A model generated the notes under the pieces. It worked only from the letters and a program-made list of their open reading frames with translations. It had not been told where the DNA came from and made no database searches. The position numbers and the translations under genes were made by a program. DNA of 64,000 nt from Alphaproteobacteria bacterium (lineage in GTDB: Bacteria; Pseudomonadota; Alphaproteobacteria; GCA-2731375), in assembly GCA_030752605.1 (NCBI GenBank), contig JASMDX010000049.1, positions 57,726 through 121,725 on the forward strand, read 5' to 3'. Shown here piece after piece: positions 38,232 to 48,310 of the stretch (positions are counted from its first letter, which is position 1; every line of letters starts with the position of its first letter).

Positions 38232-39454
38232 CTAACCTCCGTCCAGATAAAGGGCTGTTCGGGCATTTTCTGATCCTTGTTAACGCTCTGAAGCGCCTCG
38301 CAAACCTCCGCCACAGTATGCATCTCGCCGCTCTTGCCCATGAAATGCACCTTTTTCTTGTCCGGGGCGGCGCGCATCACTTCGCGCACCAATTGGCCGT
38401 CGTAGTTCAGTTCACAGACCAGATAGAGCAGGTCCATTTCTAACAACTCGTCGGGAAAGGGCCACAACGAGATCAGCCGCAAGAACCCGGCCTTGACGCC
38501 CTGCCTGCGGGCTTCCTCGACGGCGGTCTTCACCGTGCGGGAAGTAGCGCCGTAGGCAACCGCAACAACCTCGGCATCTTCCAGGCCAATCGCTTCATAA
38601 CGCAGGATTTCTTCCTTGTGGTGGCGGATCTTGTTGATCAGCCGGAAGGTCTGGGCCCACTGCGCCTCCATATCCTCGATGTCATAACCTTCCTCGGTGT
38701 GGGTATAGGGCGAGACACAGACCCCGGTGCCCTCACCGATGACATTCGGGGCTAGGTCGATGTCCGAATTATTACCCGGAAAGAACGGCATTTCCAGATT
38801 ATGCCGTCTCGGCACCACGATGTCGGCGAGATCGCCATAATCGCCGGGCAGGAACAGATCTTCGGACATATCCGAGATCACCTGATCGGTCAGCACCGTC
38901 ACCACGGTGCGGAAACGCTCAGCCAAATTGAAGGCGTCGATTGTCAGCCAGAAGGTTTCCTGCACGCTATTCGGCGACAGCACAATGGTCTCTATATTGC
39001 CGCCGTGGCTGCAATAGCGCGAGACATAGAATTCACCCTGTCCCGGCGCGCCGGTAATGCCGCTTACCGGACCGACGCGCATGGCGTCCACCACCACAAC
39101 CGGTATTTCGTTGACGATGGCCCAGCCGTAGGCATCGTGCATCAAGGTAAAGCCGGGGCCGGAGGTCGCCGTCATCACCTTCTGCCCGCCCAGAGAAGCG
39201 CCGGCGCACATATGCATGCCGGCCAGCTCGTCCTCGGCCTGCAGATAGAAGCCGTCGATCTGCGGCAGGCGCTTTGACATGTATTCGGCGATGTCGGTCG
39301 CAGGCGTAATCGGATAGCCCGCGAATACGCCCAGACCGGCGGCGACCGCGCCCTCGGTCAGAGCATAGGTGCCGGCCTCCAACAGCCGTTGGCCATCCTG
39401 ATATGTTTCTTGCCATTCGGCCCAAGGGGCCACCAGTCCTTCGGTCAGTGTCAT
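38228..39454 (-). CDS. 2-oxoacid:ferredoxin oxidoreductase, alpha subunit
   Basis: 408 aa alpha-subunit-like sequence (GYPITPATDI...). 4-nt overlaps on both sides. Confidence 0.85.
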   Translation of the reverse strand: MTLTEGLVAPWAEWQETYQDGQRLLEAGTYALTEGAVAAGLGVFAGYPITPATDIAEYMSKRLPQIDGFYLQAEDELAGMHMCAGASLGGQKVMTATSGPGFTLMHDAYGWAIVNEIPVVVVDAMRVGPVSGITGAPGQGEFYVSRYCSHGGNIETIVLSPNSVQETFWLTIDAFNLAERFRTVVTVLTDQVISDMSEDLFLPGDYGDLADIVVPRRHNLEMPFFPGNNSDIDLAPNVIGEGTGVCVSPYTHTEEGYDIEDMEAQWAQTFRLINKIRHHKEEILRYEAIGLEDAEVVAVAYGATSRTVKTAVEEARRQGVKAGFLRLISLWPFPDELLEMDLLYLVCELNYDGQLVREVMRAAPDKKKVHFMGKSGEMHTVAEVCEALQSVNKDQKMPEQPFIWTEVR

Positions 39455-39768
39455 GAAATTTTTTCCTTACCCGGCTTCGCTGCCGGCCGCGTCTTGGCGG
39501 TTACGTCGATACAGAAGTCCGGGCAGATCTGGAAACACAGCATACAGCCAAAGCAGTTTTGTTCGTGTTTCACATAGACAGAAAACCAGCCCAGTCGGTT
39601 GGGCACCTCGCGCGAGGCAAAGACATCCACCGGGCAGATGTTGCTGCAGAAACCGCAAGCCTTGCAGTCATCTTCGGCCAGTTCAACATCCCAGATGCCG
39701 ACGTTCTTGGTGACCTGGGTCTTCTCGGCTTTAAAGAGGGGAATAGCCCTTCCTCCCATACGCGCCAA
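39451..39768 (-). CDS. 2-oxoacid:ferredoxin oxidoreductase, delta subunit (2x[4Fe-4S] ferredoxin)
   Basis: Two CxxCxxCxxxCP motifs (CKACGFCSNICP, CFGCMLCFQICP). Confidence 0.8.
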   Translation of the reverse strand: MARMGGRAIPLFKAEKTQVTKNVGIWDVELAEDDCKACGFCSNICPVDVFASREVPNRLGWFSVYVKHEQNCFGCMLCFQICPDFCIDVTAKTRPAAKPGKEKIS

Positions 39769-39918
39769 ACAGCGCCGGCGTCATTTCGTTTACGCATCGG
39801 CTCCGACACGCGGGTTGTTATAAAACTATACTGTCTACGCGGTTTCGCTGTCCAGCCAGGCAATGGCTGTCATCGGAATATTCTTCACGGCTCCTGTATT
39901 ACAGCGATCCGTACTGCC

Positions 39919-40827
39919 CTAACCCGTCAGGATGATGACGACAATGGCTATCATGACCAGGGCGATGCCGGCCAATTCCATGCGCGTGGTCTTTTCCTTG
40001 AAGAAAAACACCGAGGCGGCAAAAGTGAAAATCAGCTCGATTTGCCCTACCGCCCGGACGTAAGCGGCGTTTTGCAGGGTGAAGGCGGTGAACCAGCCGA
40101 CCGAGCCCAGAAAGCCAACGACGCCAACGGCGGAGGCTGGTTTCCAATGGCGGAATACAGCCGTTATCTGGCCCGGCTCTCGCCACAAAAGATACCCCCC
40201 CAGCATCACAGTCTGCATGGACAAGGCGACGGCCAGGGCGAATGAGGCGCGGATCATCACGTCCATATCACCCAGAGCCAGAATGGCGCCCCGAAAGAAG
40301 ACTACGGAAGAGCCCAGGAACGCACCACAGATTAAACCGACCAGGGTTGATTTTTCGAACAGCGAGGTCGCAAGATTGCTCCAGCTCAACGCCGACTGGG
40401 CCATGGACAGCAAGATCACGCCGACCAGACCCAGCATGATCGCCGCCGTGCCCGCCATGCTGACCTCGTCGCCTAGCAGGATCAGGCCCAGCAGGGCGAT
40501 CTGCAAGATCTCGGTCTTGGAAAAGGTCGTGCCCACGGCAAAATTCCGCAACGAGAACAGATAGATCAGAATAAAAGTGAATAGTATCTGCGACAGCCCA
40601 CCCAGAAAACAATAGATCAAGAAGGTTGCATTAACCTCCGGCAGGGCATGACCGCCGTAACTAAGCACGGCCCACAACAGAACATAGGACAGGGGCAACG
40701 CATAGAGAAAGCGTACATAGGAGGCGCCACCGGTGGAGAGCCGGCCCTTGATATGCTTCTGCAGGACCGAACGCAGGTTCTGCATGAAGGCGGCAAAGAT
40801 AGTGATGGGGATCCAATACGAAAACAT
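39919..40827 (-). CDS. DMT-superfamily (EamA-like) transporter
   Basis: About 10 TM helices with a duplicated EamA-like topology. 302 aa. Confidence 0.75.
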   Translation of the reverse strand: MFSYWIPITIFAAFMQNLRSVLQKHIKGRLSTGGASYVRFLYALPLSYVLLWAVLSYGGHALPEVNATFLIYCFLGGLSQILFTFILIYLFSLRNFAVGTTFSKTEILQIALLGLILLGDEVSMAGTAAIMLGLVGVILLSMAQSALSWSNLATSLFEKSTLVGLICGAFLGSSVVFFRGAILALGDMDVMIRASFALAVALSMQTVMLGGYLLWREPGQITAVFRHWKPASAVGVVGFLGSVGWFTAFTLQNAAYVRAVGQIELIFTFAASVFFFKEKTTRMELAGIALVMIAIVVIILTG

Positions 40828-40834
40828 ATCTAAT

Positions 40835-41212
40835 CTACTCCATCGGGATCAGGGCGGCAGCAACGTCACGGCCTTCGGCGAGGAGGACGTTGTAGGTACG
40901 GCAAGCCGCTCCCGTGCCCATGGCCTCGATTACCACACCCCATTCGCGGACCTCGGCGCGCAAGGCGGAATCAATCAGAGCACCGTTCTTGCCACAGCCC
41001 AGCAACAGTACGCCCACCGCCTCCGCTGCATCACGGACCGGCGCCAAATCATTGATGCCCAGGTTGCTTATGTCTTCGACGGACCAAGCTATTGTCTGGC
41101 CCGGCAAGACCAGGACTGAGCCTTCATACCGGATGCCCGAGACACGAAAACCGCCATCACCATAGCCGTCGATCAACTGTCGATCAGCGGCTACAGGAGG
41201 CGTGATATCCAT
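40835..41212 (-). CDS. Mth938-like domain protein (DUF498 family)
   Basis: 125-aa soluble protein with an Mth938-like pattern. Weak assignment. Confidence 0.5.
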   Translation of the reverse strand: MDITPPVAADRQLIDGYGDGGFRVSGIRYEGSVLVLPGQTIAWSVEDISNLGINDLAPVRDAAEAVGVLLLGCGKNGALIDSALRAEVREWGVVIEAMGTGAACRTYNVLLAEGRDVAAALIPME

Positions 41213-41218
41213 AATCGT

Positions 41219-42157
41219 CTAGGAGGTGAATTTCACCGCGCCATCTTCATCACCGCGGTGGCGTTTGCCCAGGCCCAGCACGATCAATAGCGGAGCCGCG
41301 ATAAAGACCGAAGAATATGTCCCTACGATTACGCCCCAGATCATTGCGAAAACAAAACCTTGGATCACGGGCCCGCCAAAGATAAACAGCGCCACCAAAG
41401 CCAGCAGGGTGGTGACAGAAGTCATGGAGGTGCGCGACAGGGTATCGTTGATCGAGAGGTTCAGAACCTCAGTCAATTCCATGGATTTATATTTGCGTAG
41501 ATTTTCACGCACCCGGTCATAAACCACAACTGTATCGTTGATGGAGTAGCCGACGATGGTCAACAGGGCGGCGATGGTGGAGAGGTTGAACTCCATCTGA
41601 GTGATGGCGAACATGCCAATGGACAGAGCAACGTCATGCACCAGAGCAACGACGGCGCCGACGCCAAAATGCCATTCAAAGCGGAACCAAATATAGATTA
41701 GCATCAAAACCACAGAGAGCGCGATGGCGATCGCCCCGGCCTCGATCAATTCGCCACTGACCTTGGGGCCGACGAATTCGGTACGGCGGTATTCCAGGTC
41801 ACCGCCTAACGCAGCGTGGACTTTAGCCACTGCCTTCTGTTGCGCCGTGGCATCGCCGGGCTGCTTTTCAATGCGGATCAGGACCGTGTCGACGGCGCCA
41901 AATTCCTGCAGTGAAATTTCGCCCAGGCCCAGACCGCCTGTTTTAGTACGCAGGTCGCTCAAATCCGCCGGACCCCTGGTTTGCACCTCGATCAGAATGC
42001 CGCCACGGAAATCGATGCCGAAATTCGGCCCCGGCACAAATGCCATGACGACCGAGACCAGCACCAGCAGGGCCGAGGCGGCCATGGCCGGCTTGCGCCA
42101 GTTGACGAAAGGAACATTGGTCTTGGTGGGGACCAGTTTGATCTGAAACATATCCAA
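41219..42157 (-). CDS. secF: Protein translocase subunit SecF
   Basis: 312 aa, six TM helices, immediately downstream of secD. Confidence 0.9.
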   Translation of the reverse strand: MDMFQIKLVPTKTNVPFVNWRKPAMAASALLVLVSVVMAFVPGPNFGIDFRGGILIEVQTRGPADLSDLRTKTGGLGLGEISLQEFGAVDTVLIRIEKQPGDATAQQKAVAKVHAALGGDLEYRRTEFVGPKVSGELIEAGAIAIALSVVLMLIYIWFRFEWHFGVGAVVALVHDVALSIGMFAITQMEFNLSTIAALLTIVGYSINDTVVVYDRVRENLRKYKSMELTEVLNLSINDTLSRTSMTSVTTLLALVALFIFGGPVIQGFVFAMIWGVIVGTYSSVFIAAPLLIVLGLGKRHRGDEDGAVKFTS

Positions 42158-42161
42158 TCCC

Positions 42162-43799
42162 CTATATCGGCAGCGCCACGGGCCGGGTACGGCGCAGCCA
42201 GAACACCATGATCATCCGGGTCACGACGACGGCAGTGAAAACCGAAGTGACAATGCCGATGCCCAAGGTCACCGAGAAACCCTTGATCGGACCCGACCCC
42301 ATGACGAACAGGATCACGGCGGCTATGAAAGTGGTGATATTGGCATCGAAGATCGTGCCCACGGCGCGTCGATAGCCTGCCTCCATGGCAGCGAATGGCG
42401 TCTTTCCGGTGCGTATTTCTTCGCGTATGCGCTCGAACACCAGAACATTGGCATCCACCGCCATGCCGATGGTCAGCACGATGCCCGCGATGCCCGGCAG
42501 GGTCAGTGTTGCCTGCAAGACCGAGAGAGCCCCCATGATCAGGAATAGGTTGATGATCAGTGCCACGTCGGCGACCAAGCCAAAGATGCCATAGGACAGC
42601 ACCATGAAAATCATCACGGCAACAAAGGCGATGATGCAGGCGATTTTACCAGCTGCAACTGAATCGGCGCCCAACGCCGGACCCACCGTGCGTTCCTCCA
42701 GAATTTTCAGCGGTGCCGGCAAGGCGCCCGCGCGCAGCAGCAATGACAGATCCTGTACTTCCTGTACCGTGAAATTGCCGCTGATGATTCCGGTGCCTCC
42801 TAAAATCGGCTCACGAATGACAGGCGCCGAAATCACCCGGCGGTCAAGCACGATGGCGAAGGGCCGACCCACGTTCTTGGCTGTGGCATCACCAAAGCGC
42901 TTGGCGCCCACGCTGTCAAAGCGGAAGGAGACCACCGGCATGTTGTCCTGAAACGTCGCCGAGCTGTCCACCAGGGTATCGCCGCTGACCATTACCCGCT
43001 TGCGCACCACGAACATATTCGCCGGGCCGCCATCGCCCCCATCTTCACCGACCCTGCGTTCATCGGATTCCAACAGCTCCGAACCGGGCGGCGTTCGTGC
43101 TCCGCCCATGATCTCTGCCGGCGATGTGGTCACGTCAACCAGACGAAAGACCATCTTGGCAGTCTTGCCCAGAATATTCTTTAACCGCTCGGGATCTTGC
43201 AGACCTGGCACCTGCACCAGGATACGCTCGTCGCCCTGGCGTTGAATGGTCGGCTCCCGCGTGCCCAGTTCGTCTATGCGCCGGCGCACGATTTCGATTG
43301 ACTGTTCGATGGCCGAACGCCGCCGCTCCCTGATCGCCTCTTCCGTCAAGGTAACCTGAATTTTGTTGCCATCGACGACTTCGACCAAGATGTCTTGCCC
43401 GCCGGCGATGCCGGCTATGGCATTAGCCTGGACCGGCACCGCCAGTTTGCGAATTTCCGAGAGTGCCTGCTCCAACTGTTCAGGTTTGCGAATAGTGACG
43501 GTTACCGCATTGTCCTGCTGGCCCAGAGCACGGTAACCAATACGTTTGCTCCGCAGGGCCGGGCGTACGGAATCGACCAACGCCGCCAGCCGTTCCTCGA
43601 CAACCACCGCCGCTTCGACCTCCAGCAACAGATGGCTGCCGCCTTGCAGATCAAGGCCCAAATTGACCTGCTTATGAGGTAGCCAGTCGGGCAAGCCCTC
43701 GGCGGTCTTTTCCGAGACAAAATTGGGAACCGTGAAGGCAAGGCCCAGTACGCAGAGAATAGCGACCAGGGCGACTTTCCAGGGAGCAAAATACAGCAT
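42162..43799 (-). CDS. secD: Protein translocase subunit SecD
   Basis: 545 aa with a large periplasmic domain and C-terminal TM bundle. Typical secD-secF pair. Confidence 0.9.
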   Translation of the reverse strand: MLYFAPWKVALVAILCVLGLAFTVPNFVSEKTAEGLPDWLPHKQVNLGLDLQGGSHLLLEVEAAVVVEERLAALVDSVRPALRSKRIGYRALGQQDNAVTVTIRKPEQLEQALSEIRKLAVPVQANAIAGIAGGQDILVEVVDGNKIQVTLTEEAIRERRRSAIEQSIEIVRRRIDELGTREPTIQRQGDERILVQVPGLQDPERLKNILGKTAKMVFRLVDVTTSPAEIMGGARTPPGSELLESDERRVGEDGGDGGPANMFVVRKRVMVSGDTLVDSSATFQDNMPVVSFRFDSVGAKRFGDATAKNVGRPFAIVLDRRVISAPVIREPILGGTGIISGNFTVQEVQDLSLLLRAGALPAPLKILEERTVGPALGADSVAAGKIACIIAFVAVMIFMVLSYGIFGLVADVALIINLFLIMGALSVLQATLTLPGIAGIVLTIGMAVDANVLVFERIREEIRTGKTPFAAMEAGYRRAVGTIFDANITTFIAAVILFVMGSGPIKGFSVTLGIGIVTSVFTAVVVTRMIMVFWLRRTRPVALPI

Positions 43800-43825
43800 G
43801 ACGTGGGCCGCTTTGAGCTATTGAA

Positions 43826-44245
43826 CTATTTTTTTGAACCGAAGCTGAACAGTGACTTTTTCGCTGGCGGCGCGCCATCGTTGGCGGCGTCGGACTTGGC
43901 GTCATTCTTGCCGCCGCCGGCACCGGAAACCGGCGCGCCCTTGGCGAGCACATCCGTCAGGGTGGAGGAGATCACTTTGACTCGAACATTTTCCGCCAAC
44001 TCCACCTGCACCGTGGTGTCGTCAATGACCTTGGTCACCTTGCCGAACAGACCGCCGCCGGTGACCACCTGGTCGCCGCGGCGCACGTTGGAGACCATTT
44101 CACGATGTTCCTTGGCCTTTTTCTGCTGCGGGCGGATCAAAAAGAACCAAAACACGACGAAAATCAGCAACAGGGGCATCAACTGTACGAACATGCCGCC
44201 GTCGGCCGCGCCGCCGGCCTGCGCAAAAGCGGGCGAAATGAGCAT
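43826..44245 (-). CDS. yajC: Preprotein translocase subunit YajC
   Basis: Single TM helix (LMPLLLIFVVFWFFLIRPQQKKAK) and a YajC-like C-terminus, upstream of secD. Confidence 0.85.
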   Translation of the reverse strand: MLISPAFAQAGGAADGGMFVQLMPLLLIFVVFWFFLIRPQQKKAKEHREMVSNVRRGDQVVTGGGLFGKVTKVIDDTTVQVELAENVRVKVISSTLTDVLAKGAPVSGAGGGKNDAKSDAANDGAPPAKKSLFSFGSKK

Positions 44246-44448
44246 AAAGAATTCTCCGGTATCTAGTGTCTTGGGTCAGAAATTAAGTCGCGTTTAGAAC
44301 GGTCATTTAAGGCGGCGGACTATAGCCCCGCCGTGGTAGATTGCAAACGCTAAAGCAAACATGCCATCAGCACTCGAGGCGCACTCTATCAGGTGCTGCT
44401 CGTTCCGTCGCACGGCAAGTCCTGGCCAGTCGAATTTTAAGTGCCGTC

Positions 44449-44832
44449 TCATTCCGGTATGATCGCCTCGATGTCGATTTCCATTTTCAGCTCGGGTTTG
44501 GCGAGGCCAGCGACAATAAGTCCAGTCGAACAGGGGTAGACCCCTTCAAGCCAGCGTCCGATCACCCGGTATACAGGCTCGCGGTAGGCATAGTCGGTTA
44601 TGTAGATGGTCGTTTTGCAGATGTGCGCCAGTTCAGCGCCGGCTTCCTCCAACAGTGCTTTCACGTTGGTCATGGCGGTCTCGGTCTGGGCGGCCGGATC
44701 GTCGCCGGCATAGACTCCGTTCAGAGAGGTCGCCGACTGCCCGCGCAGAAAGACCCGGTTGCCGGCTTTCACCGCCATGCAAAGGCCGAAATCAATATCA
44801 TGGCCAACCTTGCCCACGTATCGGTCGCGCAT
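44449..44832 (-). CDS. RidA/YjgF/TdcF-family protein
   Basis: The C-terminal half (TTIYITDYAYREPVYRVIGRWL...IDIEAII) is RidA-like. The start is ambiguous: an internal ATG at 44832 (MRDRYVGKV) versus TTG at 44898. Confidence 0.6.
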   Translation of the reverse strand: MRDRYVGKVGHDIDFGLCMAVKAGNRVFLRGQSATSLNGVYAGDDPAAQTETAMTNVKALLEEAGAELAHICKTTIYITDYAYREPVYRVIGRWLEGVYPCSTGLIVAGLAKPELKMEIDIEAIIPE

Positions 44833-44919
44833 GTTGAATTTGCGAAATCTCTTGTGTGCCAATTTATCTTCTCCCCGATAAGTGTCTGGATTATCCAATA
44901 GTGGACGGCATGAACACCA

Positions 44920-46284
44920 TCACCGTGGCGCGCAGCATTTCTTGTACTTCAGGCCACTGCCGCAGTGGCAGGGGTCATTTCGGCCAGGCTTCCTGTTTCC
45001 ATGCCCGGCGTCCGTCATGATCCCAACGGCGGGACGGCGTTGACGTAGCAATTCCGCCATGCGCGCCATTGCCGGGCGGGTGTGGCTGTATATGCGTCGA
45101 TAGCCCTGGCAAAGATGATTCAAGCCCGCCTGACCGGACTTGGTTCTCGCAAACCGATGCTTGGGACAACCCCCATTGCAAAGAGATAGGTCTGCACAAT
45201 TCATGCACTGCCGGGGCAAATCACTCTTCTTGGCCTGCCCAAACCGCCGCTGTTGCGGCGCCGAGACCATTTCGTCGAGGTTTCCGTCGCAGATGTTACC
45301 CAGCCGGTATTGCGGATAGACAAAGTGATCGCAGGCGTAAAGATCACCGTTGCTTTCCATGGCTGGATTTCTGCCGCAAGTTTCGGCGAACAGGCACAGG
45401 CTAATAGGTTCGCCCATGGTGCCGGCCAGGATGACGTCGAACATCTGCACGAAAACCCTGCTGACGTCCTTGGCGATCCATTCATCAAAAATGGCGCACA
45501 TGAAATCGCCGTAAAGGCGCGGCTCAGCGCAAAAATCGGCCGTGCGGCAGTTTTCAGCGGCTTCGGCGGCTCCGTTAGCCAAGGATGGTGGCCCGGCGAG
45601 GTCACCGTCCACCCCTACCCGCTCGACAATGGGAATAAACTGCATGAAGCGAAAACCCAGGCCTTTGAGGTGGCGGTAGACTTTGAGCGGATGGTGCTCA
45701 TTGACGGCGTTCACCGTAGCCATGGCATTCACCTCGACCTTGTGCCGCTGCAGAATCTCGAGGCTTTTCAGTACCCGTGCATGGGTGGGCCGCCCCAGGT
45801 GATCGCGGCGATAGCCATCATGCAGGTCGGCGGGACCATCCAGGCTCAATCCAACCAGAAAGTTATTGTCATGAAGGAAACGGCCCCAATCGTCCGTGAA
45901 CGCCAGGCCGTTGCTTTGCAGGGCGTTGGTGATGCGGCGCCCGGTCGGGGCATGGCGTTCCTGCAAGGCGACGACGCGCTTGAAGAAATTCAAACCCATC
46001 AAAGTCGGTTCGCCGCCCTGCCACATAAAATGGATTTCGGGCCCTGGCTGTGCCTCGATTTGCCGTTCGACATAGGTTTCCAGCACCGTATCGCTCATCC
46101 GGAAATCGGATCTGTCGGGATACATCTCCGTCTTCTCGAGATAGAAGCAATACTCGCAGGACAAATTGCACAAGGGGCCAATCGGCTTAGCAAGAATGTT
46201 AACGGCGGCGGCGGTTGAATCTGACAAGGTGCTCACTCTGTGGACGGTCTCAAAATATGGCGGTAGTTTACAATGAATTCGCAA
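44920..46284 (-). CDS. Radical SAM/SPASM-domain protein (anaerobic sulfatase-maturase-like) with C-terminal SEC-C zinc-finger motif
   Basis: CNLSCEYC (Cx3Cx2C) near the N-terminus. A Cys-rich SPASM region (CLFAETCG...CDHF...CMNCADLSLCNGGCPKH) follows. The C-terminus is PCHCGSGLKYKKCC (SEC-C). Confidence 0.8.
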   Translation of the reverse strand: MRIHCKLPPYFETVHRVSTLSDSTAAAVNILAKPIGPLCNLSCEYCFYLEKTEMYPDRSDFRMSDTVLETYVERQIEAQPGPEIHFMWQGGEPTLMGLNFFKRVVALQERHAPTGRRITNALQSNGLAFTDDWGRFLHDNNFLVGLSLDGPADLHDGYRRDHLGRPTHARVLKSLEILQRHKVEVNAMATVNAVNEHHPLKVYRHLKGLGFRFMQFIPIVERVGVDGDLAGPPSLANGAAEAAENCRTADFCAEPRLYGDFMCAIFDEWIAKDVSRVFVQMFDVILAGTMGEPISLCLFAETCGRNPAMESNGDLYACDHFVYPQYRLGNICDGNLDEMVSAPQQRRFGQAKKSDLPRQCMNCADLSLCNGGCPKHRFARTKSGQAGLNHLCQGYRRIYSHTRPAMARMAELLRQRRPAVGIMTDAGHGNRKPGRNDPCHCGSGLKYKKCCAPR

Positions 46285-46373
46285 CGGAGGCGCGCGACAA
46301 ACTGACCGTTGACCGCACGGGCCGGCGGGACTACGTTCCCGGCCTTCCAGAAATATTAGGCCAAGAGAATTTC

Positions 46374-47261
46374 ATGTCCGCTTCCAAATCAGACACTACA
46401 TCCGCCCTGAATGCTGACGTCGCGCCCCTTTTGGCCCGCATCGCCGATGCCCTGGAACGCATGGCACCGCCCAAGATCGATACCATCGATCTAAGCGCCG
46501 CCGATGCCTTTGTTTGGCATGCCGACAAAGGCCGGCTCGCGCCAGTCACCAAGGTCAGCCGCATTGAGCTCTACCTATTGCAAGGCATCGAAACTCAATG
46601 CGATATCCTCTCGGAGAATACCCGTCGCTTCACGGAAGGGCTGCCGGCCAATAATGCCTTGTTGTGGGGCGCGCGCGGCACCGGCAAGAGCAGCCTGGTG
46701 AAGGCCTTGCACGGCGCCATTGTTCAGGAAACACCCGGCGCCTTGAAACTGGTGGAAATTCATCGTGAAGATATACCCTCCCTGCCCCAATTGTTGACAT
46801 TGATGCGGCAGAGCGAGCATCGCTACGTACTGTTTTGCGATGATCTATCCTTTGACCATGACGATGCGGCGTACAAATCCCTGAAAGCGATCCTGGAAGG
46901 CGGAATCGAGGGCCGGCCCGGCAATGTGATCTTTTACGCCACTTCTAACCGCCGACACCTGATGCCGCGCGACATGATGGAGAACGAACGCTCGACCTCA
47001 ATCAACCCCTCGGAAGCGACGGAGGAAAAGGTCTCCCTCTCCGACCGTTTTGGATTGTGGCTGGGCTTTCATAACTGCAGCCAGGATGATTTCATCAGCA
47101 TGCTGCAGGGTTATTGCGAACATTATGGCCTGGATATCAGCGACGAGGACCTGCGTGCCCAGGCCATCGAATGGTCGGTCACCCGGGGCGCCCGCAATGG
47201 CCGGGTGGCTTGGCAGTTCATTCAAGATCTGGCCGGGCGTTTAGGCGTCAGGATCGATTAG
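46374..47261 (+). CDS. DUF815-type P-loop ATPase
   Basis: Walker A (GARGTGKSSLV) and Walker B (VLFCDDLS). The start is taken at the ATG at 46374 (MSASKSD); the ORF-track start at 46215 would overlap the divergent radical SAM gene. Confidence 0.6.
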   Translation: MSASKSDTTSALNADVAPLLARIADALERMAPPKIDTIDLSAADAFVWHADKGRLAPVTKVSRIELYLLQGIETQCDILSENTRRFTEGLPANNALLWGARGTGKSSLVKALHGAIVQETPGALKLVEIHREDIPSLPQLLTLMRQSEHRYVLFCDDLSFDHDDAAYKSLKAILEGGIEGRPGNVIFYATSNRRHLMPRDMMENERSTSINPSEATEEKVSLSDRFGLWLGFHNCSQDDFISMLQGYCEHYGLDISDEDLRAQAIEWSVTRGARNGRVAWQFIQDLAGRLGVRID

Positions 47262-48246
47262 GTTCGATCTTCAGGGCAGCTTGGCGGGAGGCCAGATACC
47301 GGGCTGGATTTACGGCGCGGCGGCCCTTGCGGATTTCGAAATGTAGTTGCGGGCGGTTTGTATTGCCGGTACTGCCCGCCCGTGCGATACGCTGGCCTTT
47401 GCGCACCACATCGCCGACCCTGACCACCAAGGTCTGGTTATGGCCATACGCGGTCAGCCATCCACCCTTGTGGCGCAGCAATAACAAATTGCCGAAACCC
47501 CGTAGTTCGTTACCCGCATAAACCACCACGCCGTTATCGGCCGCTCGCACCGGCGCACCGGGTTTCACCGCGATATTGATACCATCGTTATGCAGACCGT
47601 TGGCCTTGACGCCAAAGCGTGAAATGACCCGGCCCTGAACCGGCCAGGCAAAGCGGCCGCTGGCGCGTGCCGGCAGTTTGGTGGTAACCGGATTTCGCCT
47701 AGTGAATTTCGGCTTCCTGGCTTTTCCGGCCGGTCTGGGCACGGCGGTTACTTCCTGTGGGCTGGCTGATTTCGCGATCCGTGTCTCGCTGCTTGGCAGG
47801 CTAAGGCGCTGGCCGGGCCGGATTTTATAGGGCGGCGCCACATGGTTGCGCCGCGCCAGGGCATAGAGCGAGACACGGTGCCTGCGCGAAATTGAATACA
47901 GCGTTTCCCCCGCTACGACCCGGTGATAGCGCACGGCGGGAATTTTCAGCCGCTGGCCCCGCTGTAGTCGATACGGCGGGCGCAGATCATTGGCCGCGAT
48001 CAGATCGCGCAGATCGACGCCGGAACGTCGGGCGATGGCATACAGGGTTTCATCCGCCGCCACGCTGTAGCTACCCGCCGCCACGGCAGTGGCGGCGGAG
48101 TTAGCCTTTCGCGGCGCTGCCGGCGTTTTGCTGGTCGCGCTGGATTGACTGCCATAGACAAGGGGTGCGGGCACCGAACGGGCGCAGGCCGCCACGGTCA
48201 ACAATACCGCCAGCCCCACAAATGATTTTATCCGCATGCTCCGCAT
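47248..48246 (-). CDS. nlpD: LysM-domain M23 peptidase (NlpD-like lipoprotein)
   Basis: Lipoprotein signal peptide (LAVLLTVAAC), two LysM repeats, and a C-terminal M23 domain (PQLHFEIRKG). Confidence 0.85.
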   Translation of the reverse strand: MRSMRIKSFVGLAVLLTVAACARSVPAPLVYGSQSSATSKTPAAPRKANSAATAVAAGSYSVAADETLYAIARRSGVDLRDLIAANDLRPPYRLQRGQRLKIPAVRYHRVVAGETLYSISRRHRVSLYALARRNHVAPPYKIRPGQRLSLPSSETRIAKSASPQEVTAVPRPAGKARKPKFTRRNPVTTKLPARASGRFAWPVQGRVISRFGVKANGLHNDGINIAVKPGAPVRAADNGVVVYAGNELRGFGNLLLLRHKGGWLTAYGHNQTLVVRVGDVVRKGQRIARAGSTGNTNRPQLHFEIRKGRRAVNPARYLASRQAALKIEPNRS

Positions 48247-48310
48247 GGCGGCACGATACCCCCCACCGCGCCCGACGGCAAACTCTACTGCGAAGGCCTA
48301 TAAACCTAGT

